The notes under the pieces: model-generated
Seen by the model: only the letters and a program-made list of their open reading frames with translations
The model's database searches: none
What the model was told of the DNA's origin: nothing
Origin: Coleofasciculus chthonoplastes F2-STO-03
GTDB taxonomy: Bacteria; Cyanobacteriota; Cyanobacteriia; Cyanobacteriales; Coleofasciculaceae
Reading direction: 5' to 3'
Assembly: GCA_040222015.1 (NCBI GenBank)
Contig: JAVJWO010000181.1
Coordinates: 1 to 50,961, forward strand
Length of the DNA: 50,961 nucleotides
Shown here: piece after piece, positions 40,111 through 49,585 of the stretch
Numbering within the stretch: position 1 is the first letter of the stretch
Layout: each line of letters opens with the position of its first letter
Made by a program: the position numbers and the translations under genes

Positions 40111-41037
40111 ATGGTTTCGTTCAACTATCCTGTTCCTCAAACTGATCCGCCTTGTTCACCCCGAGAAACGCTACCGACGATGTATGATCTTCCGAGTGAA
40201 GATCCGGAGGAACCTGGTTTGCCTGACGAATTCCATGATTGGCAAGCACAATTGTTGAGCTTGACATTTTGCCCTCCCCACTATCCCCTTTCACAGATAT
40301 TTTATGCCAGCGACTTGAACCTTTACTATGATGTGCGTCATCCCCTGTGGTACAAACGTCCAGATTGGTTTGGGGTTGTCGGTGTGCCGCGACTGTATGA
40401 TGATGTGGATATGCGCCTGTCTTATGTGGTTTGGCAGGAGGGTGTCAATCCGTTTGTTGTTGTGGAATTGCTCTCGCCTGGAACCGAGAGGGAAGACTTA
40501 GGAGAACAGGTAACCCAAGGGCGAGAATCTGCGCCGGAACAAGGTGTAGGAAATGGACAAAACATTCAGCGCTCAACTGAAGATAAACCGCCGCGAAAAT
40601 GGCAGGTTTACGAGCAGATTTTACATATTCCTTACTATGTCGTCTTCAGTCGTTACACCAATCAGCTACGGGCGTTTAAACTCAATGGAGCGCATTATCA
40701 AGAGTTAGAGGTACAAGATGGACGAGTATGGATGAGTGAATTAGGTTTAGGTTTGGGATTATGGCAGGGAGAGTTTCAAGGGATTAATCGCCTCTGGTTA
40801 CGTTGGTATGATGCTCAAGGAAACTGGATTCTGACGGAAGCGGAACAAGAAAGACAACGAGCTGAACAAGAACGACAACGAGCTGAACAGGAGAGAATCC
40901 AAAAAGCCCAAGCTTTACAGCAAGCTCAACAGGACAGACAACGAGCCAAAGCCGCACAAGCTCAGTTAGATAGTTTGATTGAGCGACTGCGAGAATCGGG
41001 AATTGATCCCGATACGTTTTTCCAGGATCAGAGCTGA
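40111..41037 (+). CDS. Uma2 (DUF820) family endonuclease, copy 2
   Basis: Close paralog of the preceding gene, with the upstream ~190 bp also duplicated. Confidence 0.92.
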   Translation: MVSFNYPVPQTDPPCSPRETLPTMYDLPSEDPEEPGLPDEFHDWQAQLLSLTFCPPHYPLSQIFYASDLNLYYDVRHPLWYKRPDWFGVVGVPRLYDDVDMRLSYVVWQEGVNPFVVVELLSPGTEREDLGEQVTQGRESAPEQGVGNGQNIQRSTEDKPPRKWQVYEQILHIPYYVVFSRYTNQLRAFKLNGAHYQELEVQDGRVWMSELGLGLGLWQGEFQGINRLWLRWYDAQGNWILTEAEQERQRAEQERQRAEQERIQKAQALQQAQQDRQRAKAAQAQLDSLIERLRESGIDPDTFFQDQS

Positions 41038-41297
41038 TGGAAAAGACAATTCTACTACTTTTACCGATAAAAATTAAATCATCGTTGACCGATTGAAGAC
41101 GTGGTTATAGACGTTCCGCCGGAATTACTCTACGTCTTTTCACTCCAGGAGAGCGCATACTAATTATCATAGGTCTAAAACTAGAGTCATATCAGGTATA
41201 ATTTCGCTCAGTACCTGTAAACTCGGCTCCTTCGTACAGTTCCTCAACCCGGGTAAAAATTGTTACCTGTCAAACCCTGACGAATAACAAATGACCC

Positions 41298-42518
41298 TCA
41301 CTGATCCTCAATCCATGACAACCCCGCACCCGGATAATAATGGGCTAAAATTTGTTTGTAATCATACCCTTGCATCGCCAACTTGTATGCACCCCTTTGG
41401 CTCATTCCTTGACCGCCAAAAACATTACTGACAATATCATCGGAAGCGGCGTACAGGGATTCCACGACGCCCCCTTTATAACTGAGAAACATTCCCTGAG
41501 TGTCTTGAACCGCTTGAGTTGTCGTATCCCACTCTGATTCAATTCCCTTATACACTTGCCAACGCTGAGTATTACCCAAATCATATAACTGATTAGCGGG
41601 TCGAATATAATGCACGATCGCATAGGAACGAGCCGCGATCGCTTGGGCTTTTAGGGCGGCGGGGGGCCAGTTGGGATAGATTTCGGAACCGACGACACTG
41701 GCGAGATACGTCTCAAGCTCAATATAGTTAACGGCAAGTAGACTATCCCCTCGTGAGACTAAGAGTAAATCCCCTCGATACCAGCGTCCATTGACAAAAA
41801 CAAATCCGCCACCTGTGGGTTTAAGCCAAACGCCCCCTGGGGTTTTCCATTCACCGATGCGAAGATAAGAACCATTGGGTTGAGCGTTAACGCCTTCCTT
41901 CGCCTCAAGTTTTCCTAATGTCTTCCCATTCGCATCCACTACGATTCCGGCGGTAGATGTGCCAACGTTGAGGGAATTCACCCCAGTCGCGATCGCAACT
42001 CGCATTTCTAACGTTGCAGTATTGGCGGGAGGAGTTTCAGATTTGGCTGAGTTTTCCGAAGCGGCGGGAGGGGATTGCGGGGGTGGAGTTTGGGCTTGAG
42101 TCTGGGCGTTAGGTTTGGGCGGTAGGGGGGTGGGGGGTTTGGGAACCGAGGTTTGAGTGGTTTTGTTCGCTGTCGGTGATTGAGCCGCCGAGGTTTGAGT
42201 TTTGGCGGTATCTTGAGCAGTAGAGGATTGAGATGGGGTTGCCTTGGGAACAGGTGTTGAGGGACGTTGCCAGGAAAGACTTTGTGCAATCAGACGATGA
42301 CGCCATTGGGCTTCAGCCGGGGACGGATTTGGCGGCGGTGGAACTTCCGATTCAGGTGATGGCTCCGAAGACGGTTGGGGAGAGGGTGCGATCGGTTCAG
42401 AACCGGAATAAAAGGATTCAGCTAGCATCAAGGGCAATAAGAGGGATGCTGAAACCACAACCATTGACCATAGTCTAGAACCCTTTAAAATCGGGTGGTT
42501 GTTAGGCAGGCGAATCAT
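41298..42518 (-). CDS. SpoIID/LytB domain protein (lytic transglycosylase-like)
   Basis: LE.YL.SVV.SE, ALKAQAIAARSY, QVY.G, GMSQ.GA and IL.HYYPG motifs, with a Pro-rich N-linker. Confidence 0.9.
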   Translation of the reverse strand: MIRLPNNHPILKGSRLWSMVVVSASLLLPLMLAESFYSGSEPIAPSPQPSSEPSPESEVPPPPNPSPAEAQWRHRLIAQSLSWQRPSTPVPKATPSQSSTAQDTAKTQTSAAQSPTANKTTQTSVPKPPTPLPPKPNAQTQAQTPPPQSPPAASENSAKSETPPANTATLEMRVAIATGVNSLNVGTSTAGIVVDANGKTLGKLEAKEGVNAQPNGSYLRIGEWKTPGGVWLKPTGGGFVFVNGRWYRGDLLLVSRGDSLLAVNYIELETYLASVVGSEIYPNWPPAALKAQAIAARSYAIVHYIRPANQLYDLGNTQRWQVYKGIESEWDTTTQAVQDTQGMFLSYKGGVVESLYAASDDIVSNVFGGQGMSQRGAYKLAMQGYDYKQILAHYYPGAGLSWIEDQ

Positions 42519-43829
42519 CAATACTTGCTCCTGATCGGGTTGGGAGAGGACGATAACGACAGATTAGCAATCAAGCACCGCCTCTTAGTTTAATCTGCGA
42601 TCGCGTCTTTGGATATGGCACTCCCTGGCTGAATCAAGAATGGTAACACTGATTTCTCTGATTGGTAGGAACGTTAGAGGTGGGGGGTGGGAGGCTGGTA
42701 GCACTGATTACACAGAGGCGTTAGTTCTCAATCGGGAGACGATGTAAGAATTGTTGGGGAGATTATTTACCTCTCTGTGTCAATCTGTGTCTCTCACGAT
42801 TCAATGTTCTGTCTGCGCCATACCCTCGGTGTAATCTGTGTTTTTGTCAAGACTTAGTAATGATTTTTATCTAAAGTTTAAAAAAATACATGCGTCCAAG
42901 GGGACATTGGGAGTGAGACGAAAACCAGACGATTATACAAAGTGTTACGAAAATTCAATGGGTTTAGCTGTGTCGGGATTAATTTTGCCCACAAGAAGCC
43001 CACCATAGATAATATACCTGAAAATCGCACACTCATCTCACAATGGCTGTAACCCCTGAAAATTCGTAGATGATTCCGGAAAAGGGGTCAAAAAAGAGCA
43101 ATTATGACGTTTTGTTGAGATGGAAGCATGATTGAAAAAATTAAACATTTCTGGGGGAAAGAATAGTTTAAATTATCATAGATTGACAAATTTAGCCGAA
43201 ACGACATTGAGCCAAGCTAAAGATAATGTCAGTAGCGAAGGATACAAAAAGAGCAAAGGGGGATGTCGTGAATCGTGGTTATCAAAAGAAGTGCGATCAG
43301 CTTGTAGTAGAGAACCTTCGCCCTAGAAGAACCCGCAGTCAGATGAAATGCCGTAGTGGAGAGTTGTTGTCCTCACTTCATACTCGATTTGGAGGGAATA
43401 TAGCAATAGACACATCGATTAGGACGTTCGGCACCATTGTAGAGACGCGCCATGGCGCGTCTCTACATAAATGATGTGTCCTAACAGCCATGGCGGTTGC
43501 TATACTTGACACTTCACCTACAGCTTAAAGCTAGACTAGAGGATAAAGATAAAGCAATTAATCGATGATTCTTTGGCTTAAATCAATCTCAATAACAACT
43601 CGGTGAGGTTTCAATACGAATGGTATAGCCTGCCTGTTTCCCCTAGAACTTTTAGGCGACTGCTCATGAGGAGAGCGATCGCACTCCCTCCCAAAACCCG
43701 TCAAACCCCCAACCCGAAAGCGTTTCAATTTTTGAGTAAAGTCGCGATCGCTGTACAGATGGATTACATCGGATTCGATATCTAGATCTTTTTGTTTAGA
43801 CTTATCCAAAGCAGATCATGAGTTACTGT

Positions 43830-43883
43830 TCAACAAGTCACTAGGCGAGGGGAAAGGTTTTGATCAAACAGGAGGAGTTTCAC
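43830..43883 (-). pseudogene. Truncated DUF5615/PIN-like toxin
   Basis: A GTG overlapping the DUF433 stop reads MKLLLFDQNLSPRLVTC*, the typical family N-terminus, and ends after 17 codons. Confidence 0.7.
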
Positions 43884-44104
43884 GGTTGAACGGTAACGGT
43901 AAGGCGTTCGCGTTGAGCGGCAAACCAAAGACAAGCGAGGATGTCTGTTTTAGTCAGATAGGGAAAGTCTTCTAGAATTTTCTCTTGGCTCATGTCGGAT
44001 GCGAGGTATTCTAAAATATCATAGACCGTGATTCGCATCCCTCTAATGCAGGGCTTACCGCCACGTTTTCCGGGTTCTAAGGTGATGATGTCTTGGTAAT
44101 TCAT
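43880..44104 (-). CDS. DUF433 family protein (putative antitoxin)
   Basis: GKRGGKPCIRGMRITVYDIL...EDFPYL...DI.ACL.FAA.RE pattern. Confidence 0.92.
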   Translation of the reverse strand: MNYQDIITLEPGKRGGKPCIRGMRITVYDILEYLASDMSQEKILEDFPYLTKTDILACLWFAAQRERLTVTVQP

Positions 44105-44534
44105 CAGTTATCTTGAGTATCCACAACTAACTTTAGCTTGCCAAGGTCGCGATCGCGAAGCGTGTGCGATCGCGTAAGCGTATCCGATAGGACGTAAGCA
44201 CGTATCGCACTCCCTACCCATATCCGTAAAACCCCCAACCCGACAGCCGTTCAGGTCTAGGTAATCGGATTGCGATCTCCCGTTCATATGGCAAGGACAA
44301 CCTGCGATCGCGTAGTTTGTAGTCAGCGCTGTCTTCGCTTCTGGCACGCTCCTTAAACGGAATATCGCCTAAAGCTCAAGTAAGAATCGAGCTTGCTGAG
44401 TAGCTATTTGAACCCGTTAAAACGGGTTTAAGCTTTTAGCCCCAACTTTAGTTGAGGGCTTAATTCAGTGCCATTCTACCTAGGATAGATGACAATAGCT
44501 GACATTCCGTCTCGCTTGCGGTTTAATTGTCAGA

Positions 44535-44846
44535 TTGACACTCTCCCTCCTAGAATAAGGGAGATTCTATGGAAATTTCGTTCCATATATCCCGGTAAAC
44601 GGGTTCCCAGGCACACGATATTCGCCATCTAGGGCATCGTGTTATCTCCTAACACCCTGTCGATTCAGGGCTGGGCGTTTCAAACCTTTGCGGTTTGGGT
44701 TCCGCCGAGTCCCGGCGTACCTGATAAGTTGACTTCGACTTTGCAGCCGCAAGCCAACTGCATTTTATCATACTATCCTGGGGTGTTTATCCGGATAAAA
44801 GCCGTCCTAGAAGGACGGGGCTTCAGACCCTTTATTTCCGGTGAAC
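44535..44846 (+). mobile_element. Non-autonomous IS200/IS605-family remnant (no tnpA/tnpB)
   Basis: Left end TTGAC + TCTCCCT...AGGGAGA hairpin. Right end CCGTCCT-AGA-AGGACGG hairpin followed by GGCTTCAGACCC, as in cyanobacterial IS605-type ends. Confidence 0.65.
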
Positions 44847-44959
44847 GCTGTAAACATTAATACAGTTGTCGCTCCACCCATGCTGAACGTAGAAAGAATC
44901 GGTTTAGCCCTTGGAAGTCAGCAGGAGGATAGGTCAAACCCAGAGGGGAAAGGGAAACT

Positions 44960-47818
44960 ATGAATAGCAATCCATCCAATCCTTCGGCAAATGGTGGTAA
45001 AACAATAAATATCGCTGATATCTTGGCACTTCCGGAACGTCAACGGCAAATTGCTTTGTTTATCCGTCGCGACGAAGGGCATACCCTACCCGAAATCGCT
45101 GAACGCCTCAACGAAGATGAGCAGACAATCGGGACAGAATTGGATGAGTTAGTCGAACAGGGTTTCATTCGAGAAATGCAAGTAGAAGGCATTCCCCGCT
45201 ACTACCGCAGTGAAATGAGACGCCAAGGTAGCCAGTTTTCCGAGATGATTCAGCAAGCGCTGACACCGGGAAAACCCCTGTCCATGATTGTGAATCCCTC
45301 TGGGGATGCGCCAATTACACCCGGTTCGACGTTTGAGTTGTGCGTCACGATTACCAATGAAGGCAATCAAAGTGCCTTCATTGAGATTTATATAGATGAA
45401 ACCTCCCAATTCCTGCACCAGTGGTGTATTTCCCCCTACGAACGTCTGGCGTTAGGGCGGGGACAAAGTAGTGAGGTGGTATTCCAGATTCCGGTGCCAC
45501 TGGATGCGACACCAGGTACGTATAATTATCTGCTGATTGTTGATGCCCAGCAGCATTACCCGGAAGATACGCCCATCCAACATCAAGCACGGCTGCAAGT
45601 CTTACCCTTTGTCCAGGAAGCCATCCGGGTTAATGATCCCACCTTTACCCTACTCCCTATCACCAGTTCCGTAACCCCGGCTGTGGTTCAACCGGGAGAA
45701 CCCTTAGAGGTTCAGGTTCTGGTTCACAACCGTTCTGATCGTGTGGATCAATTTCGCTTAACCTGTCCGGATTTAGCCCCGATTTGGTATAGGGTGATGT
45801 ACCCCGAAGGCTATACCGACACGGGAGTGGTGCGGGTGATGGATGGCTTGGAATTGAATCCGGGTGAAAAGGGTCAAATCCAGCTAATCATTATGCCACC
45901 TGTAGATACCTGGGCGACGATTTATTCCCCCACGGTGCGTCTCTATTCCCTGAATAATCCCGACTTGGTGCTACTCGATGCCATTTACCTCCAGGTAATG
46001 CCGATTTACCTGTTAAATGTCGAGTTAGTCACCTTAGTGGGTAAAATCAGCAATCAGTCTGGTGTTTTCGAGTTACAACTGTATAACGGCGGCAATATTA
46101 CCCGCGACATTGTCCTACAAGCCAAAAGTGCCGATGGCGATGATCTTTGCACCTATACCTTGATACCCAGCCAAATTCGTCTCGCCCCTGGCGGGTATGC
46201 GATCGCGAATTTAGAAGTACAACCTAGCCAGAAATGGTGGCGTAGACCCTTCTATGGGCGAGTTTTAAACTTTGTTATTGAAATTGAAGACCTGCAACAG
46301 TTCCCCCTAATTAACAATCGCTTCCAAGGCACCTTAATCTGGGAAGGGCGTCCATGGTGGCAATTTCTATTAGTTATTTTAGGCATAGTTGGACTCATTG
46401 GCGCATTAATATTCCTGCTGTGGTTTCTCTTTTTTAGACCCAAACCCCGCCCAGAAATAGTCGAATTTGCGCCAGCAGGCAAAAATTACTCGGCGGCTGA
46501 TGGGGAGAGTGTTCGCCTAAATTGGGAAATTACCAACCCCAAACGCATCCAAACGATAAAAATACAAGGCGTATCGCCAGAGGGAGTAGTCACCAGTAGT
46601 CCCATTGCCTACAATTTTAGCCGGGGGATTCCCAATGAGTTAGAGCGTTTTTGCAAAACTGATGAGGTACTCAATTGCCAAAACGTGCCAACCGATGCTC
46701 GCGAACCCGGAGATTATGTGTTTGAACTGACTGTAATTCCTCAAGGAAAAAAGAAGGGGGAAGCCGAGGAATTACAAACGAATACAGTTCAAATCACACC
46801 GTTTCCAATTCCTGAAGTTGAAGAATTTGCCTCAACTCAACCCGTCTATCAAGAAGTTATTCAGCCCAACCCGGAAGCAGCAGACCAAGAAGCCAGTCCA
46901 ACAGCGAATGATCCTAACTCTCCTCCAGATCAACCGCGACTAGAAGAGTTAGGGATTTTACTGAATTGGAAAATTAGTCATCCCGAACAAATCAGACTCT
47001 TAAAACTGGTGGGTCGAAATCCTGAAGGAATTGTCACCTTTCCCATGCAATCAATTGATTTTAGTCAAGGGATTCCTCAACCCTTACAAGACTCCTGTGA
47101 AATACAGGATGAGGCATTAGTTTGCCTGAATCTTGCCACAGGTGTTCGTCAACCTGGAACCTATATTTTTGAATTAACGATTGTTCCCCAACAAGGAGAA
47201 CCAGAAGAATTACCCGCTCAAAAAACTGATCCGATTAAAATTGAAGCCCAACCTGTCCCCTTTAATATTGTTGAATTTACAGTTGGTGGTGTAGAAACCC
47301 TCACTCGTCCTAAGTTTGTGATACCAATTTCTGGAAATCAAGCGATACCTGTACCCTTATCTTGGAAAGTTGAGGGAGGCAGAAATCTCAAAGTTGAACT
47401 TCTACCTGCACCCGGTAATGTACCACCCGAAGGCACTTTGCCTTATGAACTTAGTCCAGAACCAAATACGGAAACAATTACGTTACAAGTCACCAATGAA
47501 GCCGGGGAACAAAAAAGCCGTTCAGTCACCATTGAAACGATTCAACCACCGCCTCCAGAACCTCCAGCAATGATTCCCTTATCTCCGCCGGGAGATGCAG
47601 CTAACGGATTACCCACGTTTGAGCCTCCACCTCCACCCGAAGACACTTCGGCTGCACAAACGCAAACACCCCCCTCACCGTCACCGTCACCGTCACCGTC
47701 ACCGACACCATCAGAAACAGAACCAACACCTCTACCCCTACCACCAGGCGGTTCACCTCCGCTTCCTCCAGGCGCAGATTCTCCGCCTCCCGCCGAATTT
47801 CCACCTAAGTTTAGGTAA
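44960..47818 (+). CDS. Large single-TM protein: N-terminal winged HTH, COG1470-like Ig repeats, duplicated Cys-containing domain and Pro-rich tail
   Basis: 952 aa with LPEIAERL...LDELVEQGFI (wHTH), repeated V.V.N.G/S and PG.Y.F.L motifs, and a TM at about aa 466-491. Confidence 0.85.
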   Translation: MNSNPSNPSANGGKTINIADILALPERQRQIALFIRRDEGHTLPEIAERLNEDEQTIGTELDELVEQGFIREMQVEGIPRYYRSEMRRQGSQFSEMIQQALTPGKPLSMIVNPSGDAPITPGSTFELCVTITNEGNQSAFIEIYIDETSQFLHQWCISPYERLALGRGQSSEVVFQIPVPLDATPGTYNYLLIVDAQQHYPEDTPIQHQARLQVLPFVQEAIRVNDPTFTLLPITSSVTPAVVQPGEPLEVQVLVHNRSDRVDQFRLTCPDLAPIWYRVMYPEGYTDTGVVRVMDGLELNPGEKGQIQLIIMPPVDTWATIYSPTVRLYSLNNPDLVLLDAIYLQVMPIYLLNVELVTLVGKISNQSGVFELQLYNGGNITRDIVLQAKSADGDDLCTYTLIPSQIRLAPGGYAIANLEVQPSQKWWRRPFYGRVLNFVIEIEDLQQFPLINNRFQGTLIWEGRPWWQFLLVILGIVGLIGALIFLLWFLFFRPKPRPEIVEFAPAGKNYSAADGESVRLNWEITNPKRIQTIKIQGVSPEGVVTSSPIAYNFSRGIPNELERFCKTDEVLNCQNVPTDAREPGDYVFELTVIPQGKKKGEAEELQTNTVQITPFPIPEVEEFASTQPVYQEVIQPNPEAADQEASPTANDPNSPPDQPRLEELGILLNWKISHPEQIRLLKLVGRNPEGIVTFPMQSIDFSQGIPQPLQDSCEIQDEALVCLNLATGVRQPGTYIFELTIVPQQGEPEELPAQKTDPIKIEAQPVPFNIVEFTVGGVETLTRPKFVIPISGNQAIPVPLSWKVEGGRNLKVELLPAPGNVPPEGTLPYELSPEPNTETITLQVTNEAGEQKSRSVTIETIQPPPPEPPAMIPLSPPGDAANGLPTFEPPPPPEDTSAAQTQTPPSPSPSPSPSPTPSETEPTPLPLPPGGSPPLPPGADSPPPAEFPPKFR

Positions 47819-47819
47819 G

Positions 47820-48067
47820 TAAGTAGGTAGGGACAGTTAAAGGCGGGCGGTGGTGATCGTCATTCGTCATTCGTCATTCGTCATTCGTCATTCGTCATTC
47901 GTCCTTTGTTAGGACTTACGCACAGCCTCTATTCGTAGGGTGTGTTAGCGCAGCGTAACGCACCTTTGCCCCCATAAGTGGTGTCGCTGCGTAAGTCCTG
48001 TTTGTAAGAGTTTGAGGCTTGTTTACATAACTTAATATAGTTGAGTTTATTTCCACCAACCTACTTA
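47820..48067. mobile_element. Nested MITE-like composite with STRR
   Basis: Outer TAAGTAGGT/ACCTACTTA IR, inner AGGACTTACGCA/TGCGTAAGTCCT IR, a central palindrome and TCATTCG repeats. Confidence 0.7.
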
Positions 48068-48274
48068 GTATCCATTGGTGTCAACTTATCGCCATTATCG
48101 TCTAAACTCCAGTAAATTACCTGAGCCGACGAAAGAATTTATTGACGACTCTACAGAGCGATCGCGTACCTTATAGCAGTAGACATTTTATACTATCTAT
48201 AGAAAATTGTATCGACGATTCGTCTATTGTTGTGCCAGTTGAGAAATTGTTTAATTGTTCGCCATTTGTCCCCG

Positions 48275-49411
48275 GTAGGGGCGACCCGCCGCATTCAATT
48301 AACACCACCCAACCTTTAATTTTATCGGGTCGCCCTCCGCCCGGTATCGATAATCTGACGCAACATTTAGACAAGGGCGAGTCGATACAGGTTAATTCTT
48401 ACACCGAAAATTGATGCAGCGACTCGCCCCTACAACCGTGATTATTCCGACAATCCCAATCATCCTGATAATCACGACGCTAAACCCTAAACCTTTGGTG
48501 TTCTCGTAACCCGCCAGATTTAATTAACACCATCTAACCCTTAATCGTATCGGGTCGCCCTCCGTCAGGTATCAGGAATGCGACACCTTGTCCATAAAAA
48601 CAATGGTAGGGGCGACCCGCCGCATTCAATTAACACCACCCAACCTTTAATATAATCGGGTCGCCCTCCGTCAGGTATGGGGAATAATCGGACATCGCAT
48701 CCATAAAAACAATGGTAGGGGCGACCCGCCGGATTTAATTAACACCACCTAACCTTTAATGTTATCGGGTCGCCCTCCGTCAGGTATCGGGAATGATGTA
48801 ACACCGCGTAAACAAAAAAATGGTATGGGCAATAGCCGGATTCAATTAACACCACCTAACCTTTAATGTTATCGGGTCGCCCGGTATAAGATATAGGGAA
48901 AAATCAGGAATCAGATACATTAAAACCCTGGTAGGGGCGACCCGCCGGATTTAATTAACACCACCTAACCTTTAATGTTATCGGGTCGCCCTCCGTCAGG
49001 TATCGGGAATGATGTAACACCGCGTAAACAAAAAAAATGGTATGGGCAATAGCCGGATTCAATTAACACCACCTAACCTTTAATGTTATCGGGTCGCCCG
49101 GTATAAAATATGGAAAAAAATCAGGAATCAGATACATTAAAACCCTGGTAGGGGCGACCCGCCACATTCAATTAACACCACCCAACCTTTAATTTTATCG
49201 GGTCGCCCTCCGTCAGGTATCGGGAATAATCGGACATCGCATCCATAAAAACAATGGTAGGGGCAATAGCCGGATTCAATTAACACCACCTAACCTTTAA
49301 TGGTATCGGGTCGCCCTCCGTCAGGTATCGATGTGACACCGAATTGAGAAAAGGGCGAGTCGATATAGGTTAATTCTCACACCGAACATTAATGCAGCGA
49401 CTCGCCCCTAC
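48275..49411. repeat. Array of nine ~60-bp palindromic REP-like units, mostly at 108-109-bp period
   Basis: Units start at 48275, ~48509, 48606, 48715, 48823, 48931, 49040, 49148 and 49257. The core is GGGCGACCCG-CCG.ATT.AATTAACACCACC.AACCTTTAAT.TTAT-CGGGTCGCCC. Confidence 0.92.
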
Positions 49412-49585
49412 AGCCCCTACATTCCCTACATCCCCTACATCCCCTACCCTCTACCCCCGACAACCGCGAAAATTACGCCAATCCTGACAATGGATTCCAT
49501 AGAAAATAAATATTGTGTGATCTAATCCCACCCAACCCCCAAGGATTTATTATATTTTCTATATAAATAAGAAAATCCTTTAAAA

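Noticed and set aside
43132..43809. Short ORFs of 60-83 aa
   Set aside because: They have no recognisable motifs and overlap MITE or repeat sequence.
44639..44860. 73-aa ORF as a tnpB fragment
   Set aside because: It has no RuvC or zinc-finger motifs and reads through the element's right end.
48275..49411. CRISPR array
   Set aside because: The repeats are about 60 nt and variable, the linkers are mutually related and repeated, no cas genes or leader are present, and the unit also occurs dispersed at about 11972.
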